Shown: positions 62,381 through 64,000 of the stretch, piece by piece
How the letters are laid out: each line of letters begins with the position of its first letter
Position numbering within the stretch: the stretch's first letter is position 1
Assembly (NCBI GenBank): GCA_050951405.1
Contig: JBMNIZ010000003.1
Location: forward strand, 10,111 to 74,110
Reading direction: 5' to 3'
Length of the DNA stretch: 64,000 nucleotides
Origin: Bacillota bacterium
GTDB taxonomy: Bacteria; Bacillota; DULZ01
Notes under the pieces: model-generated
The model's database searches: none
Told to the model about the DNA's origin: nothing
Seen by the model: the letters and a program-made list of their open reading frames with translations, nothing else
Made by a program: the position numbers and the translations under genes

Positions 62381-63533
62381 TTACTTGAAGGGATAGAGCA
62401 AATAGCCAGCCGCAAACCTTTCCCCATGGGTACCGCAAAAATCCGTTTCCTGCTGCAACCTGGTGGCAATCAACCGGGGTTCCCCTGCCGGCAGGGAAAT
62501 AAAGAAACCTGCAAAGTAGGGGCATATTTCCAGTTTCTCCTCCATGGCTTCCTGGACAAATATGGTCGCCCGGCTTGACAAAAGATGTCGATAGGAATCC
62601 CTCTCCTCCCTGATCCGAGAAAGCAACCCGGGATTATTAACGACCTCCACCAGTAATTCCTGGGGCAACCGGGTCACATTAGACCAGTTGGCCCGGTTTG
62701 AGTAGGAGTTTACTTCCAGAAACTCGTCCACCACCCGCTGGTTTGAACTGACAGCGATCAGGGCACCGCAACGTAACCCGTAAGACAAGAAAGCTTTGGA
62801 CATACTGAAAGCCACGGCAACAAAAATATTCCCGGGAAGCCCTCCGAACAAGGCAAAAAACTCCCGTACCTCCTCCGCCTCCCCGGCATAATCCATATAG
62901 GCGACATCCAGCAGGATAGTGATTTTTTTCGCCTTGTCCCAGGGCCGCCTCTCTCAAAAAGCCCAGGACCGCCTCCCATTCGTCCAGGCTTAAACTGAAT
63001 CCGGTCGGATTATGGGCAGGGCTATTTAAAAAACAACGACCAGGTGTTCCTGTTCCTGTAGCACGCTCCCTGACCTTCTCCTGGAAGGAACCCAGATTAA
63101 AGCTATTCTTCTCGGTAAAAAGAGAAAAAGTATCCACCCGCCGCCCGAATTCCCCGGCAATCACAGCATAAGCACCCCAGTACCAATCAGGTATCAAGAT
63201 TCTGGTGCCTTCCCCGGCATAATTGTAGAAAACATGCCGAATGCCTCCTGTTCCCCCGGGAGTGGCTATGGCCGCCAGGTATGCCTCCGGCCTGGCCTGG
63301 CCAAAAGTGAATTGGATAGCGGCCTCGGCAAAACCGGAAATGCCTTTGATGGGCGCATAATCCATCATTCTGCTGGCGGGCATTCTCTTGATTAAATCAT
63401 TTACTGCAGAAAAGGTAGCCAGCTGTCCCTGATCATCATAAATTGTCCCGATGGAAGCATTAATTATTCCTTCAGGTCCGTACCGGGCCATAGCTTCTTT
63501 AGCAGCACCGGCCACGGAGAAAACCGGATCCAT
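62381..63533 (-). pseudogene. class I/II (AspC/TyrB-like) aminotransferase, frameshifted
   Basis: The N-terminal ORF (INASIGTIYDDQG...YAPIKG...NSPAHNPTG) and the C-terminal ORF overlap in different frames around 62680-62900. Confidence 0.68.
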
Positions 63534-63648
63534 CAATTGTTTGCCCCGGCCTTGTTAACTTAATAATAAAAATGAGACCTGAAACGCCTCTGGTATAATG
63601 GAAATTGCCAAAAACCCATTACCTCCCAGAAAGGAGCGTTCAAGTCTC

Positions 63649-64000
63649 ATGACCATTATACCATCAAACGTAGTATGTCCAAGGTGTTTTTCAAAAGTTC
63701 TTCACCGTTTTGGTAAGGACAAAGACGGTTTTCAAAGATATCAGTGTCAACGATGCAAACGGCAGTTTGCACCTGATAAACCATGTTCACCAAGAAAAAG
63801 AATATATCCCGATTGTCCTGTTTGTGGTAAAGCAACTTTTCTTCACCATGACTATACTTATTACTCAAACTTCCGTTGCTGTGACAAAAAATGCAACCAT
63901 TCTTTTCGAGTACCAAAACTAATAAATGTTGAGACCCCTTCTTCCGAGTTTAAGCCTAAAACCTTTTCTTTTAAAGGTATGCGCCATCCGCTTCATATTG
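63649..64000 (+). CDS. zinc-ribbon N-terminus of a probable IS6-like transposase (partial, runs off the right edge)
   Basis: MTIIPSNVVCPRCFSKVLHRFGKDKDGFQRYQCQRCKRQFAPD...CPVCGKATF...FKGMRHPLHI. Open to the window end, and absent from the ORF track because it has no stop. The family call is tentative. Confidence 0.45.
   Translation, partial: MTIIPSNVVCPRCFSKVLHRFGKDKDGFQRYQCQRCKRQFAPDKPCSPRKRIYPDCPVCGKATFLHHDYTYYSNFRCCDKKCNHSFRVPKLINVETPSSEFKPKTFSFKGMRHPLHI

Overview
This is a 64-kb chromosomal window, about 50% GC, from an anaerobic Firmicute. Gene content looks Clostridia/Peptococcaceae-like, which is an inference. Most of it is conserved housekeeping DNA, largely on the minus strand. It carries a purine operon (purE-F-M-N-H-D, single-chain purL, divergent LysR gene), hydE-hydG-hydF [FeFe]-hydrogenase maturases, hpt and a broken guaA. 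It also carries groES-groEL with a textbook CIRCE operator and a molybdenum-cofactor operon (moeA x2, moaA, moaC, MOSC, mogA). Further along are a flavodiiron protein, a NuoE/NuoF-linked selenocysteine formate dehydrogenase operon and tsaE-tsaB-rimI/tsaD. The only clear accessory DNA is a four-element nested IS pile-up at 11.8-19.3 kb, plus a roughly 1-kb low-GC islet at 24.9-25.9 kb. I did not recognise a new multi-gene system such as defence, CRISPR or a retroelement, and I saw no tRNA, rRNA or CRISPR array. Five signals are worth a second look. (1) A dense DnaA-box cluster lies directly downstream of tsaD. (2) The order of IS insertion can be reconstructed, and it involves unusually long target duplications of 20 bp and 114 bp. 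(3) From about 53.3 kb to 63.5 kb almost every gene, including essential acpS, is broken by many homopolymer-type frameshifts, against three in the preceding 53 kb. (4) fdhA has an in-frame UGA followed by a SECIS-like hairpin. (5) A PurR-type PurBox pair sits upstream of purE. All calls come from reading the sequence and the ORF translations; no searches were run.
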